NCBI GenBank assembly: GCA_963744995.1
Contig: CAVUWA010000009.1
Location: forward strand, 192,001-256,000
DNA: 64,000 bases
Origin: Candidatus Eiseniibacteriota bacterium
GTDB lineage: Bacteria > Eisenbacteria > RBG-16-71-46
Reading direction: 5' to 3'
Under the pieces are notes generated by a model. It had not been told where the DNA came from, made no database searches, and saw only the letters and a list, made by a program, of their open reading frames with translations. The position numbers and the translations under genes were made by a program. Below, in pieces: positions 39,900 through 50,836 of this stretch (the first letter of the stretch is position 1; the number at the start of each line of letters is the position of its first letter).

Positions 39900-41264
39900 A
39901 TGGCACCACTGATGATCAGCGTTGCGGGGGTGCGCGGCGTCGTCGGCGAGACGCTCACGCCGCCGGTGCTCGCCCGCTTCGCCGCCGCCTTCGGGCGCCT
40001 TGCCCCGGCGGGTCCGATCGTCGTGGGCCGTGACGCGCGGCCCTCCGGGCCGATGGTGCTGCACGCGGTGAAGGCGGGACTCGCGGCCGCCGGGCGTGAC
40101 GTGGTGGACCTCGGGCTCGCGACGACACCGGCCACCCAGGTGGCGGTCGAACACCTGCACGCGGGCGGCGGCGTGATCCTCACCGCGAGCCACAATCCAT
40201 CGCCGTGGAACGCACTCAAGTTCCTCTCGGCGCGCGGCGAGTTCCTCGACCAGGCGACCGGGAACGCGGTGCGCGAGCGCTTCGAGGCCGATCGCGACCT
40301 GTGGGTGCCGTCCGCACGGCTCGGCGTCGAGCGCGAGGAGACCGGCGCGCTCGACTGGCATCTGCAGCTCGTGCTCGGTCTGCCGTTCATCGACGTCGCG
40401 AGAATCCGTGCGCGCGCGCTGCGCGTCGCGGTGGACGGGTGCGCGAGCGTCGGCGGGGTTGCGGTGCCGGCGCTGCTCGAGCGGCTGGGTGCGGGCGTCG
40501 TGCCGCTCGATTGCGAGCCGAACGGCCGCTTCACGCGCGAACTCGAGCCGCTGCCCGAGCACCTCGGCGCGCTGGGTCGTGCCGTACTGGAGAGCGGCGC
40601 GGACTTCGGCGTCGCGGTGGATCCCGACTCCGACCGCGCGGCGTTCGTGGACGCGGAAGGCCGGCCGCTCGGCGAGGAGTTCACCGTCGCACTCGGCACC
40701 GCCGCGGTGCTCGAGACCACACCCGGCCCGGTGGTGACAAACCTCTCCACCTCTCTTATCATGGACGCCGTCTGCGGACGCTACGACGTCGCGCTGCACC
40801 GCACGCCGGTGGGCGAGGCCCACGTCGTCGGGAGAATGCGCGAGATCCAGGCGGTCGCAGGCGGCGAAGGAAACGGCGGCATGATCGTCCCGGCGGCCCA
40901 CTACGGTCGCGACGCTCTGGTGGCGGTGGCCCTGGTGGCGCACCGCATGGCCGTGAGCGGTCAGAGTCTCCGCGCGCTCGCCGACATGCTCCCCGCGTAC
41001 GCCATGGTGAAGGAGAAGGTGGCGCGCCCCGATACCCCATGGGACGAGATCGCGCAGCGTCTCACCCGCGCGTTCGCGGACCACGCGGTCGAGAAGAGCG
41101 ACGGTCTGCGTTTTCATCGCGAAGACGAATGGATCCATGTGCGCCCATCGGGCACGGAACCGGTGGTTCGCCTGATTGCCGAGTCGCCTCGAGCGGAGCG
41201 GACGCGAGCGTTGCTCGATCGTGCGCGCACCGCGCTGGCGGCGGCGGACCCGGGAGGTTCCTGA
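39900..41264 (+). CDS. glmM: Phosphoglucosamine mutase / alpha-phosphohexomutase
   Basis: GVRG, GRDARPSG, TASHNP, DPDSDR, GGEGNGG and VRPSGTEP. Directly upstream of glmS. Confidence 0.85.
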   Translation: MAPLMISVAGVRGVVGETLTPPVLARFAAAFGRLAPAGPIVVGRDARPSGPMVLHAVKAGLAAAGRDVVDLGLATTPATQVAVEHLHAGGGVILTASHNPSPWNALKFLSARGEFLDQATGNAVRERFEADRDLWVPSARLGVEREETGALDWHLQLVLGLPFIDVARIRARALRVAVDGCASVGGVAVPALLERLGAGVVPLDCEPNGRFTRELEPLPEHLGALGRAVLESGADFGVAVDPDSDRAAFVDAEGRPLGEEFTVALGTAAVLETTPGPVVTNLSTSLIMDAVCGRYDVALHRTPVGEAHVVGRMREIQAVAGGEGNGGMIVPAAHYGRDALVAVALVAHRMAVSGQSLRALADMLPAYAMVKEKVARPDTPWDEIAQRLTRAFADHAVEKSDGLRFHREDEWIHVRPSGTEPVVRLIAESPRAERTRALLDRARTALAAADPGGS

Positions 41265-41265
41265 G

Positions 41266-43098
41266 ATGTGCGGCATCGTCGGCTACGTGGGGCATCGCCC
41301 CTGCCTTCGCATTCTCGTCGAAGGCCTGAAGCGCCTCGAGTACCGCGGCTACGATTCATCGGGCGTCGCGATCCAGCACAACGGCGACCTGCGCGTGGTG
41401 AAGGCGGCAGGCAAGATCGCCGAGCTCGAGGCACGCCTCGAAAAGGACGCGCCGGTGGGGCTCACCGGCATCGCCCACACCCGCTGGGCGACGCACGGTG
41501 AGCCCAATGACCTGAACGCGCACCCGCACGTCGACTCGCGCGGGCGCATCGCCCTCGTCCACAACGGCATCATCGAGAACTACTCGGTGCTGAAGCGCGC
41601 CCTGCAGAAGGAGGGCCACCGCTTCGAGACCGACACCGACACCGAGGTGCTCGCGCACCTGATCGAGAAGTACATGACGGCGGGCCTCGACCTGGAACAG
41701 GCCGTCGGCCGCGCGCTGTCGGACGTCGAAGGCACCTACGGCGTCGCGGTCATGTCGGCGGACGAGCCGGGCACGGTGATCGGCGCCCGCAAGGGAAGCC
41801 CGCTGGTGGTCGGCGTTTCCGACGGCGAGTACTTCCTCGCCTCGGACGTCGCACCGATCGTCGAGCACACCCGCCAGGTGGTCTATCTCGACGACGGCGA
41901 GATGGCGGTGCTCACGCCCGACGGGTTCCACACCGCGACGATCGCGCACGTGCCGGTCGACAAGACGATCCACGAGGTCGAGTGGGACCTGACCCAGATC
42001 GAGAAGGGCGGGTTCGATCACTTCATGCTGAAGGAGATCTACGAGCAGCCCGACTCGGTGCGGGATGCGATGCGCGGCCGGTTGCTGATCGACGAAGGGC
42101 TGGCGCGGCTCGGCGGTCTCAACATGCAGAAGGACGAGCTGCGCGACGTGCAGCGGCTGATTCTCCTGGCCTGCGGCACGTCGTGGCATGCCGGGATGAT
42201 CGGCGAATACATGATCGAGGAGCACGCCCGGATCCCGGTCGAGGTCGAGTACGCTTCGGAGTTCCGCTACCGCAACCCGATCATCGACGAAGGCACGATG
42301 GTGCTGGTGATCTCGCAGTCGGGCGAAACGGCGGACACGCTGGCGGCGATGCGCGAGGCGCAGCGCAAGGGCGCACGCGCGCTGGGCATCGTCAACGTGG
42401 TCGGCTCGACGATCGCGCGCGAGTCGGACGGCGGCGTGTACATCCACGCCGGGCCGGAGATCGGCGTGGCCTCGACGAAGGCGTTCACCAGCCAGGTGAC
42501 GGTGCTCTCGCTGCTGACGCTGATGCTCGGACGGCAGCGCGAAATGTCGCGGGAGGCGGGCATTCAGCTGGCCGCCGAGCTCAAGGCGATCCCGGGCAAG
42601 ATCCAGCGCATCCTCGACGACGGCTCGGAGGTGCGCCGCATCGCCGAGCAGTACCAGCACCACAACAACTTCATCTACCTGGGTCGTGGCGTAAACTTCC
42701 CGGTCGCGCTCGAAGGCGCGCTGAAGCTGAAGGAAATCTCGTACATTCACGCCGAGGGCTACCCGGCGGCCGAGATGAAGCACGGGCCGATCGCGCTGAT
42801 CGACGACCAGATGCCGGTGGTGTTCATCTGCACGCGCGACAGCGCCTACGAGAAGGTGATGAGCAACATGATGGAGGTCCGCGCGCGGCGCGGCCGCATC
42901 ATCGCGGTGGCGACCGAGGGCGACACCGAGGTGGCCACGCGGGCCGACCACGTGCTCTACGTGCCGGCGACGCTGCCCATGCTGCAGCCGCTGCTGTCGG
43001 TGATTCCACTCCAGCTGCTGGCCTACCACGTCGCCGTGCTGCGCGGCTGCGACGTGGACCAGCCGCGCAACCTGGCGAAAAGCGTGACGGTCGAATGA
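41266..43098 (+). CDS. glmS: Glutamine--fructose-6-phosphate aminotransferase
   Basis: MCGIVG, LEYRGYDS, HTRWATHG, SQSGETADT and PRNLAKSVTVE. Confidence 0.98.
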   Translation: MCGIVGYVGHRPCLRILVEGLKRLEYRGYDSSGVAIQHNGDLRVVKAAGKIAELEARLEKDAPVGLTGIAHTRWATHGEPNDLNAHPHVDSRGRIALVHNGIIENYSVLKRALQKEGHRFETDTDTEVLAHLIEKYMTAGLDLEQAVGRALSDVEGTYGVAVMSADEPGTVIGARKGSPLVVGVSDGEYFLASDVAPIVEHTRQVVYLDDGEMAVLTPDGFHTATIAHVPVDKTIHEVEWDLTQIEKGGFDHFMLKEIYEQPDSVRDAMRGRLLIDEGLARLGGLNMQKDELRDVQRLILLACGTSWHAGMIGEYMIEEHARIPVEVEYASEFRYRNPIIDEGTMVLVISQSGETADTLAAMREAQRKGARALGIVNVVGSTIARESDGGVYIHAGPEIGVASTKAFTSQVTVLSLLTLMLGRQREMSREAGIQLAAELKAIPGKIQRILDDGSEVRRIAEQYQHHNNFIYLGRGVNFPVALEGALKLKEISYIHAEGYPAAEMKHGPIALIDDQMPVVFICTRDSAYEKVMSNMMEVRARRGRIIAVATEGDTEVATRADHVLYVPATLPMLQPLLSVIPLQLLAYHVAVLRGCDVDQPRNLAKSVTVE

Positions 43099-43111
43099 CG
43101 GGAGGTGGCCG

Positions 43112-43513
43112 GTGAAGAGCCCATTGAACGTAGCAGACGCCCCGGCCGCGATCGGCCCCTACAGTCAGGCGCAGGTGGTGCGCCTGCACGGCGGGCAGCG
43201 CATGGTCCTGAGTTCCGGGCAGATCGCGCTCGACCCGGCGACCGGCGAGCTGGTCGCGGGCGACGTCGGCGCCCAGACGCAGCGCGTGTTCGAAAACCTG
43301 GCGGCGGTGCTGGCGGGCGCGGGTCTCACGCTCGCGGACGTGGTGAAGACCACCGTCTACCTTGCGGACATGGCCGATTTCCAGGCGATGAACCAGATCT
43401 ACGCGAAGCACTTCCCGGTGTCGCTCCCGGCCCGCACGACGGTCGCGGTGGCGGGGCTGCCGAAGAATGCGCGCGTCGAGATCGACGTGGTCGCGGTGGG
43501 CGGCGATCTCTGA
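43112..43513 (+). CDS. RidA-family reactive-intermediate deaminase
   Basis: APAAIGPYSQA, SGQIALDP, PARTTV and VEID. Confidence 0.93.
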   Translation: MKSPLNVADAPAAIGPYSQAQVVRLHGGQRMVLSSGQIALDPATGELVAGDVGAQTQRVFENLAAVLAGAGLTLADVVKTTVYLADMADFQAMNQIYAKHFPVSLPARTTVAVAGLPKNARVEIDVVAVGGDL

Positions 43514-43562
43514 GTCCCCGGCCGGCACCAGCATCCGCGCACCACGCGGGCGGAGGACGGCC

Positions 43563-44621
43563 TTGAGCCGCGGCCGCCGGCTCGACGTGCGCCTGACCGC
43601 GTCGGTCGCCAACGCCGGCTGCGCGGCCAAGCTCGGCCCCGCCGACCTGCGCACGGCGCTCGCGAGGTTGCCGGCGCCGCGCCGCGACCCGCGGGTGCTC
43701 ATCGACCAGACGACGCTCGACGACGCGGGCGTGTTCGCCTGGGGGCGCAGCGAGGCGCTGGTGCAGACGGTCGACTTCTTCACGCCGATCCTCGACGACC
43801 CCTACGACTTCGGGCAGGTGGCGGCGGCGAACGCCCTCTCGGACGTGTATGCGATGGGCGGCCGCCCCCTGACGGCGCTCGCGCTGGTGTGCTTCCCGGA
43901 CGGCGATCTCGCGCCCGAGGTGCTGGGCGAGATCCTGCGTGGCGGTCAGGACAAGATCGTCGAGGCGGGCGCGAGCATCGTCGGCGGGCACACGGTGCGT
44001 GATCGCGAGCTCAAGTTCGGCTACGCCGTGACCGGGGTGGTGCCGCGCCGCCGGATCCTGAGCAACGCCGGCGTGCGCTCCGGCGACCGCCTGGTGCTCA
44101 CCAAACCGCTCGGCGCCGGAATCCTGGCGACGGCCCTCAAGCAGGGATTGCTCGATTCGCGCGAGGTGCTGCGGCTCACGCGCACCCTCGTCACGCTGAA
44201 TCGCCGCGCCTCGGAGGCCGCGGTCGCGGCCGGAGCGCGCGCGGCGACCGACGTCACCGGCTTCAGCCTGGTCGGGCACGCGCGGCAGATGGCCGAAGCG
44301 AGCGGCGTCACCTTCCGCCTGCGCCCGGCGCCGCGCTGGTTCATGCCGCGCGCGCTCGAGCTGGCGGCGGCGGGGGTGGTGCCGGGCGGGATTCGCCGCA
44401 ATCGCGCCTACTATGGGGAGGGGCTCGACGTGACCCATCTGCCCGAGGCGCTCGCGCTCGCGCTGTTCGACCCGCAGACTTCGGGCGGGTTGCTGATCGC
44501 GGTGTCGCCCAGGCGCTTCGAACCGTTGCGTGCGGCGCTCAAGCGGCGGCGCGTCTGGGCGGCGGAGGTCGGCGAGGCGGTTCCCCGCGGACCGCGCCCG
44601 CTCGAGTTCGAACAACCGTGA
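43563..44621 (+). CDS. selD: Selenide, water dikinase (Cys form)
   Basis: AGCAAKL, DDAGV, VQTVDFFTP, AANALSDVYAMGG, TDVTGF and DPQTSGGLL. Confidence 0.95.
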   Translation: MSRGRRLDVRLTASVANAGCAAKLGPADLRTALARLPAPRRDPRVLIDQTTLDDAGVFAWGRSEALVQTVDFFTPILDDPYDFGQVAAANALSDVYAMGGRPLTALALVCFPDGDLAPEVLGEILRGGQDKIVEAGASIVGGHTVRDRELKFGYAVTGVVPRRRILSNAGVRSGDRLVLTKPLGAGILATALKQGLLDSREVLRLTRTLVTLNRRASEAAVAAGARAATDVTGFSLVGHARQMAEASGVTFRLRPAPRWFMPRALELAAAGVVPGGIRRNRAYYGEGLDVTHLPEALALALFDPQTSGGLLIAVSPRRFEPLRAALKRRRVWAAEVGEAVPRGPRPLEFEQP

Positions 44622-45448
44622 CCGCGGAATCCGGGAGGAGAGCGATCGGGACGGCGCGGGAACGCATGGGTTCTGGTGGACCCCAGGGACTTCAAATCCT
44701 GTTGTCGGGCGCGGATCGCGTCCGAGGTGGGTTCGATTCCCACACGTTCCCGCCAATCCTCGCCGTGCTGTGCATGACGGTCGCGCTCGCAGCGTGGCCC
44801 GCGCCCGCCGCGGCGGCACAGCCAGGCGCCGTCATGGGCGCGCCGGACAGCGCCGCCGTGCCGCCGGACAGCGTGGTCGCTCCGGCGGCCGCGGCGCGCA
44901 CGCCGGGCGGGTCCGACGGCGCGGCGGGCCCGGCCGCCTCGGACAGCGCCCCGACCGTACGGCCGGACAGCACGGCGCGTTCCGCCCTCGCGCCGCCGGC
45001 GCGTCCGCGTCGCACGCTCGCCGCGGAGCAGCCGTTCTCCTCGCCGCGCTGGGTGATGTTGCGCTCGGCGGTGATCCCCGGCTGGGGCCAGGCCTACAAC
45101 CGGGCCTGGTGGAAGGCGGGAGGCATCGCGACCGTGGAGATCTGGCTCGCATCCCGCATCTACGACGACAATCGGGCGCTCGATGACCTCGACGCCCGGG
45201 CGCGGGCCGCCGAGCAGGCCGGCGACGACGCCCTGCAGAACGCGCTTGCGCTGCAGTACAACGACCGACTGGATAGTATGGTCGCGCGACAATGGCTGCT
45301 CGGCGGCGTCATCGTCTACGCGCTGCTCGACGCCTACGTCGACGCCCATTTCCGTGGTTTCGACATCGAATTCAAGACCGACCCCGCGTTACCCGGCGGC
45401 AAGCCTGCGTCTGCCGGCGCGCGCGCGGGATTGAGGTGGACCTTTTGA
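44618..45448 (+). CDS. DUF5683-like membrane protein; true start uncertain (44618, 44666, 44765 or 44774)
   Basis: [17 protein letters not shown] and [10 protein letters not shown] motifs, plus a signal-like [21 protein letters not shown] segment. Confidence 0.7.
   Translation: MTAESGRRAIGTARERMGSGGPQGLQILLSGADRVRGGFDSHTFPPILAVLCMTVALAAWPAPAAAAQPGAVMGAPDSAAVPPDSVVAPAAAARTPGGSDGAAGPAASDSAPTVRPDSTARSALAPPARPRRTLAAEQPFSSPRWVMLRSAVIPGWGQAYNRAWWKAGGIATVEIWLASRIYDDNRALDDLDARARAAEQAGDDALQNALALQYNDRLDSMVARQWLLGGVIVYALLDAYVDAHFRGFDIEFKTDPALPGGKPASAGARAGLRWTF
44658..44755 (+). tRNA. selC: tRNA-Sec(TCA)
   Basis: 98 nt. 8-position acceptor stem, 6-bp D stem with TGGT loop, CTTCAAA anticodon loop, long variable arm, GCCA end. 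Follows selD. Confidence 0.93.
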
Positions 45449-45459
45449 CCGACCGGCGC

Positions 45460-47253
<1,794 letters not shown>

Positions 47254-47268
47254 ACTCCGGGGAGAACC

Positions 47269-47883
47269 ATGTCCAGCCAGAGTCGTTCGACGTTGAGGGA
47301 GTACGTGGAAGCCGCGCTGTGGGCGCTCGTTCTCACGCTGTTTCTGCGCGCCTTCGTGATCCAGGCCTTCCGCATTCCCTCGGAGTCGATGCGGGACACG
47401 CTGCTGGTGGGCGACTTCCTGTTCGTCAACAAGTTCGAGTACGGCCCGAAGATCCCGTTCACGAACCTGCGCCTGCCCGGCATCCGCCAGCCGCGGGCGG
47501 GCGACGTGATCGTGTTCCAGTTCCCGCAGGACCCGAGCAAGGACTTCATCAAGCGCTGCGTCGCCACCGGTGGGCAGACCGTCGAGATCAAGGACAAGCA
47601 GCTCTACGTCGACGGCGAGCCCAGGGTCGAGCCCTACGTGATCCACACCGACCCCAACGTGCGTCCTGCCGGCTACGATTTCCGCGACAACTTCGGCCCG
47701 TTCACGGTCGATCCCGGCGACCTGTTCATGATGGGCGACAACCGCGACAATTCGAACGACAGCCGCTACTGGGGCGAGCTGGACATGCATCTGGTCAAGG
47801 GGCGCGCCATGTTCCTGTACTGGTCCTGGAACGCCGACAAGAACTGGCCCCGATGGAACCGCATCTTCCACCTGATCCGCTGA
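47269..47883 (+). CDS. lepB: Signal peptidase I
   Basis: IPSESM, DFIKRC and MGDNRDNSNDSRYWG. Confidence 0.96.
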   Translation: MSSQSRSTLREYVEAALWALVLTLFLRAFVIQAFRIPSESMRDTLLVGDFLFVNKFEYGPKIPFTNLRLPGIRQPRAGDVIVFQFPQDPSKDFIKRCVATGGQTVEIKDKQLYVDGEPRVEPYVIHTDPNVRPAGYDFRDNFGPFTVDPGDLFMMGDNRDNSNDSRYWGELDMHLVKGRAMFLYWSWNADKNWPRWNRIFHLIR

Positions 47884-49112
47884 CACGCGTCGATCCGCCG
47901 CGCGCGGCCCCGGCCGAGGGGCCGTCCGCCGCGGCCCGCGCCGCCGCGGTCGCCGGGCTCTACGTCCACGTCCCGTTCTGTGCGACGCGCTGCACCTATT
48001 GCGACTTCGCCACGGGGACGCTCACCCGCGCCGCGCTCGAACGCTATCTGGACGCGATCGAAGCGGACATCCGCGTGCGTGCGCCGCAGGCGGCGGGGCT
48101 GACCTTCACCTCGGTATTCTTCGGCGGCGGCACGCCGTCGGTGCTCGCGTCGCGCCACTTCCGCCGCGTCATGGATGCGGTCCGCGGCGCGTTCCGCATC
48201 GCGCACGACGCCGAGATCACGCTCGAAGCCAATCCCGAGTCGGTGAAGGATCCGCTGCTCGAGACCTGGCGCGCGGCGGGCGTCAACCGCCTGTCGATGG
48301 GGGTCCAGACCTTCGATGCGGACGAGCTGCGTTCGCTCGGGCGGATCCACGACGCGGCGCGCCCGGCCGAAGCGTTCGCCCGTGCGCGCGCCCACGGTTT
48401 CGAGCGTCTGTCGCTGGATCTCATGTTCGGTTTCCCCGGCGCGGACGAGCGCACGTGGGCGCGCACGCTCGAGCGCGCCCTCGAGCTCGAGCCGGAGCAC
48501 GTGTCCGCCTACTGCTTCATCCCCGAGCGCGGCACGCCGCTCGGCAACGCGGTCCTGGACGGTCGCGTGTCGCTGCCGTCTCCCGAGGCGCAGGCCGATC
48601 TCTACGAACGCCTGCACGCGACGCTCGCCGGCGCCGGCTGCGCCGCATACGAAACGTCCAACTTCGCGCGGCCGGGCGCCGAGGCGCGCCACAATCTGGT
48701 CTACTGGCTGCGCCGGCCCTATGCGGGGCTCGGGCCTTCGGCGCACGGCCTCGTCGGCGGGCGGCGCTACGGCAACCGGCGCGACCTGCAGCCGTGGGCG
48801 GGCGCGCTCGCCTCCGGGCGCGCGGCGGAGGACGAGAGCGAAGCGCACGACCCGGGCAGCGCGGCCCTCGAGGTGCTGATGCTGGGCCTGAGACTCTGCT
48901 CGGGCCTGTGGCGCGCGGACTATTCCGAGGCGCTCTTTCGCGAGGTACTCGCGCGGTACGGCGCGGCGCTCGAGCTCGCGGCGCGCACCGGGCGGCTCGA
49001 GGCGGACGCCCGCGGGTTTCGCATTCCGCGTGCGCTGCGCTTCGTCGCCGACGACGTGATCGCCTGGATCGCGGCGCGCGCGGAGGCGCCGGCGCCGCCG
49101 GCGCGGATTTGA
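47880..49112 (+). CDS. hemW: Radical SAM heme chaperone; start uncertain (CTG overlapping the lepB stop)
   Basis: LYVHVPFCATRCTYCDF, FFGGGTPS, EANP, YETSNFA and HNLVYW. Confidence 0.9.
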   Translation: MTRVDPPRAAPAEGPSAAARAAAVAGLYVHVPFCATRCTYCDFATGTLTRAALERYLDAIEADIRVRAPQAAGLTFTSVFFGGGTPSVLASRHFRRVMDAVRGAFRIAHDAEITLEANPESVKDPLLETWRAAGVNRLSMGVQTFDADELRSLGRIHDAARPAEAFARARAHGFERLSLDLMFGFPGADERTWARTLERALELEPEHVSAYCFIPERGTPLGNAVLDGRVSLPSPEAQADLYERLHATLAGAGCAAYETSNFARPGAEARHNLVYWLRRPYAGLGPSAHGLVGGRRYGNRRDLQPWAGALASGRAAEDESEAHDPGSAALEVLMLGLRLCSGLWRADYSEALFREVLARYGAALELAARTGRLEADARGFRIPRALRFVADDVIAWIAARAEAPAPPARI

Positions 49113-49136
49113 CACTGGGAGGTCCGCCCCCATAAT
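49109..49136 (+). promoter_or_regulatory. Promoter of hrcA
   Basis: TTGACA-N16-CATAAT, with the ATG 9 nt downstream and no RBS. Confidence 0.65.
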
Positions 49137-49145
49137 TCCTGCGCC

Positions 49146-50192
49146 ATGTCCCGACCCTCGTTTCCAGGCCATCTGAACCGGGAAGACCCGGATCTCTCCG
49201 ACCGCCAGCGCAACGTGCTGGCCGCGCTCATCGATCTGCACGGACGCTCCGCGCGCCCGGTGGGCTCGGACGCGCTGTCGCGCGAAGGCGGCTTCGGGCT
49301 GTCTGCGGCCAGCATCCGCAGCGCGCTCGGCGACCTCGAGCATCTGGGGCTGGTGGAGCAGCCGCATCCGGTCGCCGGGCGGGTGCCGACGGGGCGCGGC
49401 TACGAACTCTACGTGCGCACGATGGTGACCCCGGCGCCGCTGCCGGACGGCTTCAGCCGCGAGGTCGACCGCGTGCTGCGCGACTGCGAGAGCGACGTCG
49501 AGCGCCTGCTGGGCGAAGCGGCACGCCTGCTGTCCTCGCTCACCCGTCAGCTCGGTCTGGCGCTGGCCTCGTCGCTCGAACACGAGCGCATCGCGCGGCT
49601 CGATCTCGAGCCGCTCGACGAACGCCGCGCGGTGATGGTGCTGAACCTGGGCACCGGCGCCGTGCGCACGCTGCTGCTCGAACTGGACAGCCCGCTGGAC
49701 GCCGCCGAACTGCGCGAGGTGGCCGGGGTGCTGCGCGAGCGGCTGCTCGATCTCACGCTGCACGACATGCGCGAGCGGCTCGCCTCCGATCCGGATCTCG
49801 CCCGCGACAGCGCGGTGCGGCTGGTGGTGCTCGCCGCCGGGCGCAGTGCATCGTGGCCGTCGGCGACGCCGCTCTACAGCGCCGGCGCGATCCACATCTC
49901 GAAGCAGCCCGAGTTCGCCTCGGCGGCGCGGATCGGTTCGATCCTCGACGCGGTCGAACGCGGGGCCCCGCTCGGGGCGCTGATGGTCTCGGCGGTGGAG
50001 GGACACGTCGCCGTGCGGGTCGGCCTCGACGAGCCGCGCGCGCTCACCGGCTGCAGCCTGGTCAGCTACGCGCTGCCGGGCGAGGTCTGCGGCGCCGTCG
50101 GCGTGCTCGGCCCGCGGCGCATGGACTACGCGGTCACGCTGGCCGTGGTCGATGCGGTGGGCCACCGGGTCGCCGAGTATCTGACGTCATGA
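49146..50192 (+). CDS. hrcA: Heat-inducible transcription repressor
   Basis: PVGS..LS..SAASIR, QPH..AGRVPT..GY..YV and GVLGPRRMDY. Confidence 0.93.
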   Translation: MSRPSFPGHLNREDPDLSDRQRNVLAALIDLHGRSARPVGSDALSREGGFGLSAASIRSALGDLEHLGLVEQPHPVAGRVPTGRGYELYVRTMVTPAPLPDGFSREVDRVLRDCESDVERLLGEAARLLSSLTRQLGLALASSLEHERIARLDLEPLDERRAVMVLNLGTGAVRTLLLELDSPLDAAELREVAGVLRERLLDLTLHDMRERLASDPDLARDSAVRLVVLAAGRSASWPSATPLYSAGAIHISKQPEFASAARIGSILDAVERGAPLGALMVSAVEGHVAVRVGLDEPRALTGCSLVSYALPGEVCGAVGVLGPRRMDYAVTLAVVDAVGHRVAEYLTS

Positions 50193-50836
50193 AGCGCGGA
50201 CCGCACCGCGGGGACGCGGCGCGCGACCCGAACCCCGATCCGAACGACCCCGCCCGCGCTGCGGGCGACCCCGACCCTGGAGAAGACGTGAAGGATTCGA
50301 ACAACGTTCCCGAAGAGATCGAGATCGTCGAAGCGGCTCCGGCCGGCGAGGAAGTGACGCGCGCCGGTCAAGACGCCGCGGCGTTTCAGGATCGCTGGCT
50401 GCGCGCCGAGGCCGACCTGCAGAACCTGCGCCGCCGGGCGGCGAAGGAGCGCGAGGAGGCACGCCGTTTCGCCGAGGAGGCGGTGATGCTCGATCTCATC
50501 GGCCTGCTCGACGACCTCGAGCGCGCTCTGGAAGCGGCCCGCAAGGGGGGCGCCCAGGCCGCGTGGCTGGAGGGCGTGGAACTCGTCGCCGCGCGGATGC
50601 GCGATACCCTCGCGCGGCGTGGTGTCGAGGTGATCGAGCCGCTCGGTCAGCCGTTCGATCCGGCCTACCACGAGGCGCTGCTCGAGGTGCCGGCGACGAA
50701 GGAGATCGCGCCCGGCCGGGTGGCGCAGGTGATCCTCAAGGGCTATCGCCGCGACGCGCGGGCGCTGCGCGCGGCGCGCGTCGTGGTGGCGCGCGCCCCC
50801 GGCGCCGGCGAGGCGCCCGGGAGAGACGAGGGTTGA
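50189..50836 (+). CDS. grpE: Nucleotide exchange factor GrpE (alternative start GTG 50288)
   Basis: LRAEADLQNLRRR, DDLERAL, FDPAYHEA and KGY...LRAARVVV. Confidence 0.93.
   Translation: MKRGPHRGDAARDPNPDPNDPARAAGDPDPGEDVKDSNNVPEEIEIVEAAPAGEEVTRAGQDAAAFQDRWLRAEADLQNLRRRAAKEREEARRFAEEAVMLDLIGLLDDLERALEAARKGGAQAAWLEGVELVAARMRDTLARRGVEVIEPLGQPFDPAYHEALLEVPATKEIAPGRVAQVILKGYRRDARALRAARVVVARAPGAGEAPGRDEG

Noticed and set aside
39765..41266. glmS ribozyme
   Set aside because: glmS starts 1 nt after the glmM stop, leaving no leader, and no ribozyme core is seen upstream of glmM.
43563..45448. Selenoprotein or complete sel operon
   Set aside because: SelD has Cys at the active site, no in-frame TGA read-through candidates were found, and selA/selB are not in the window.
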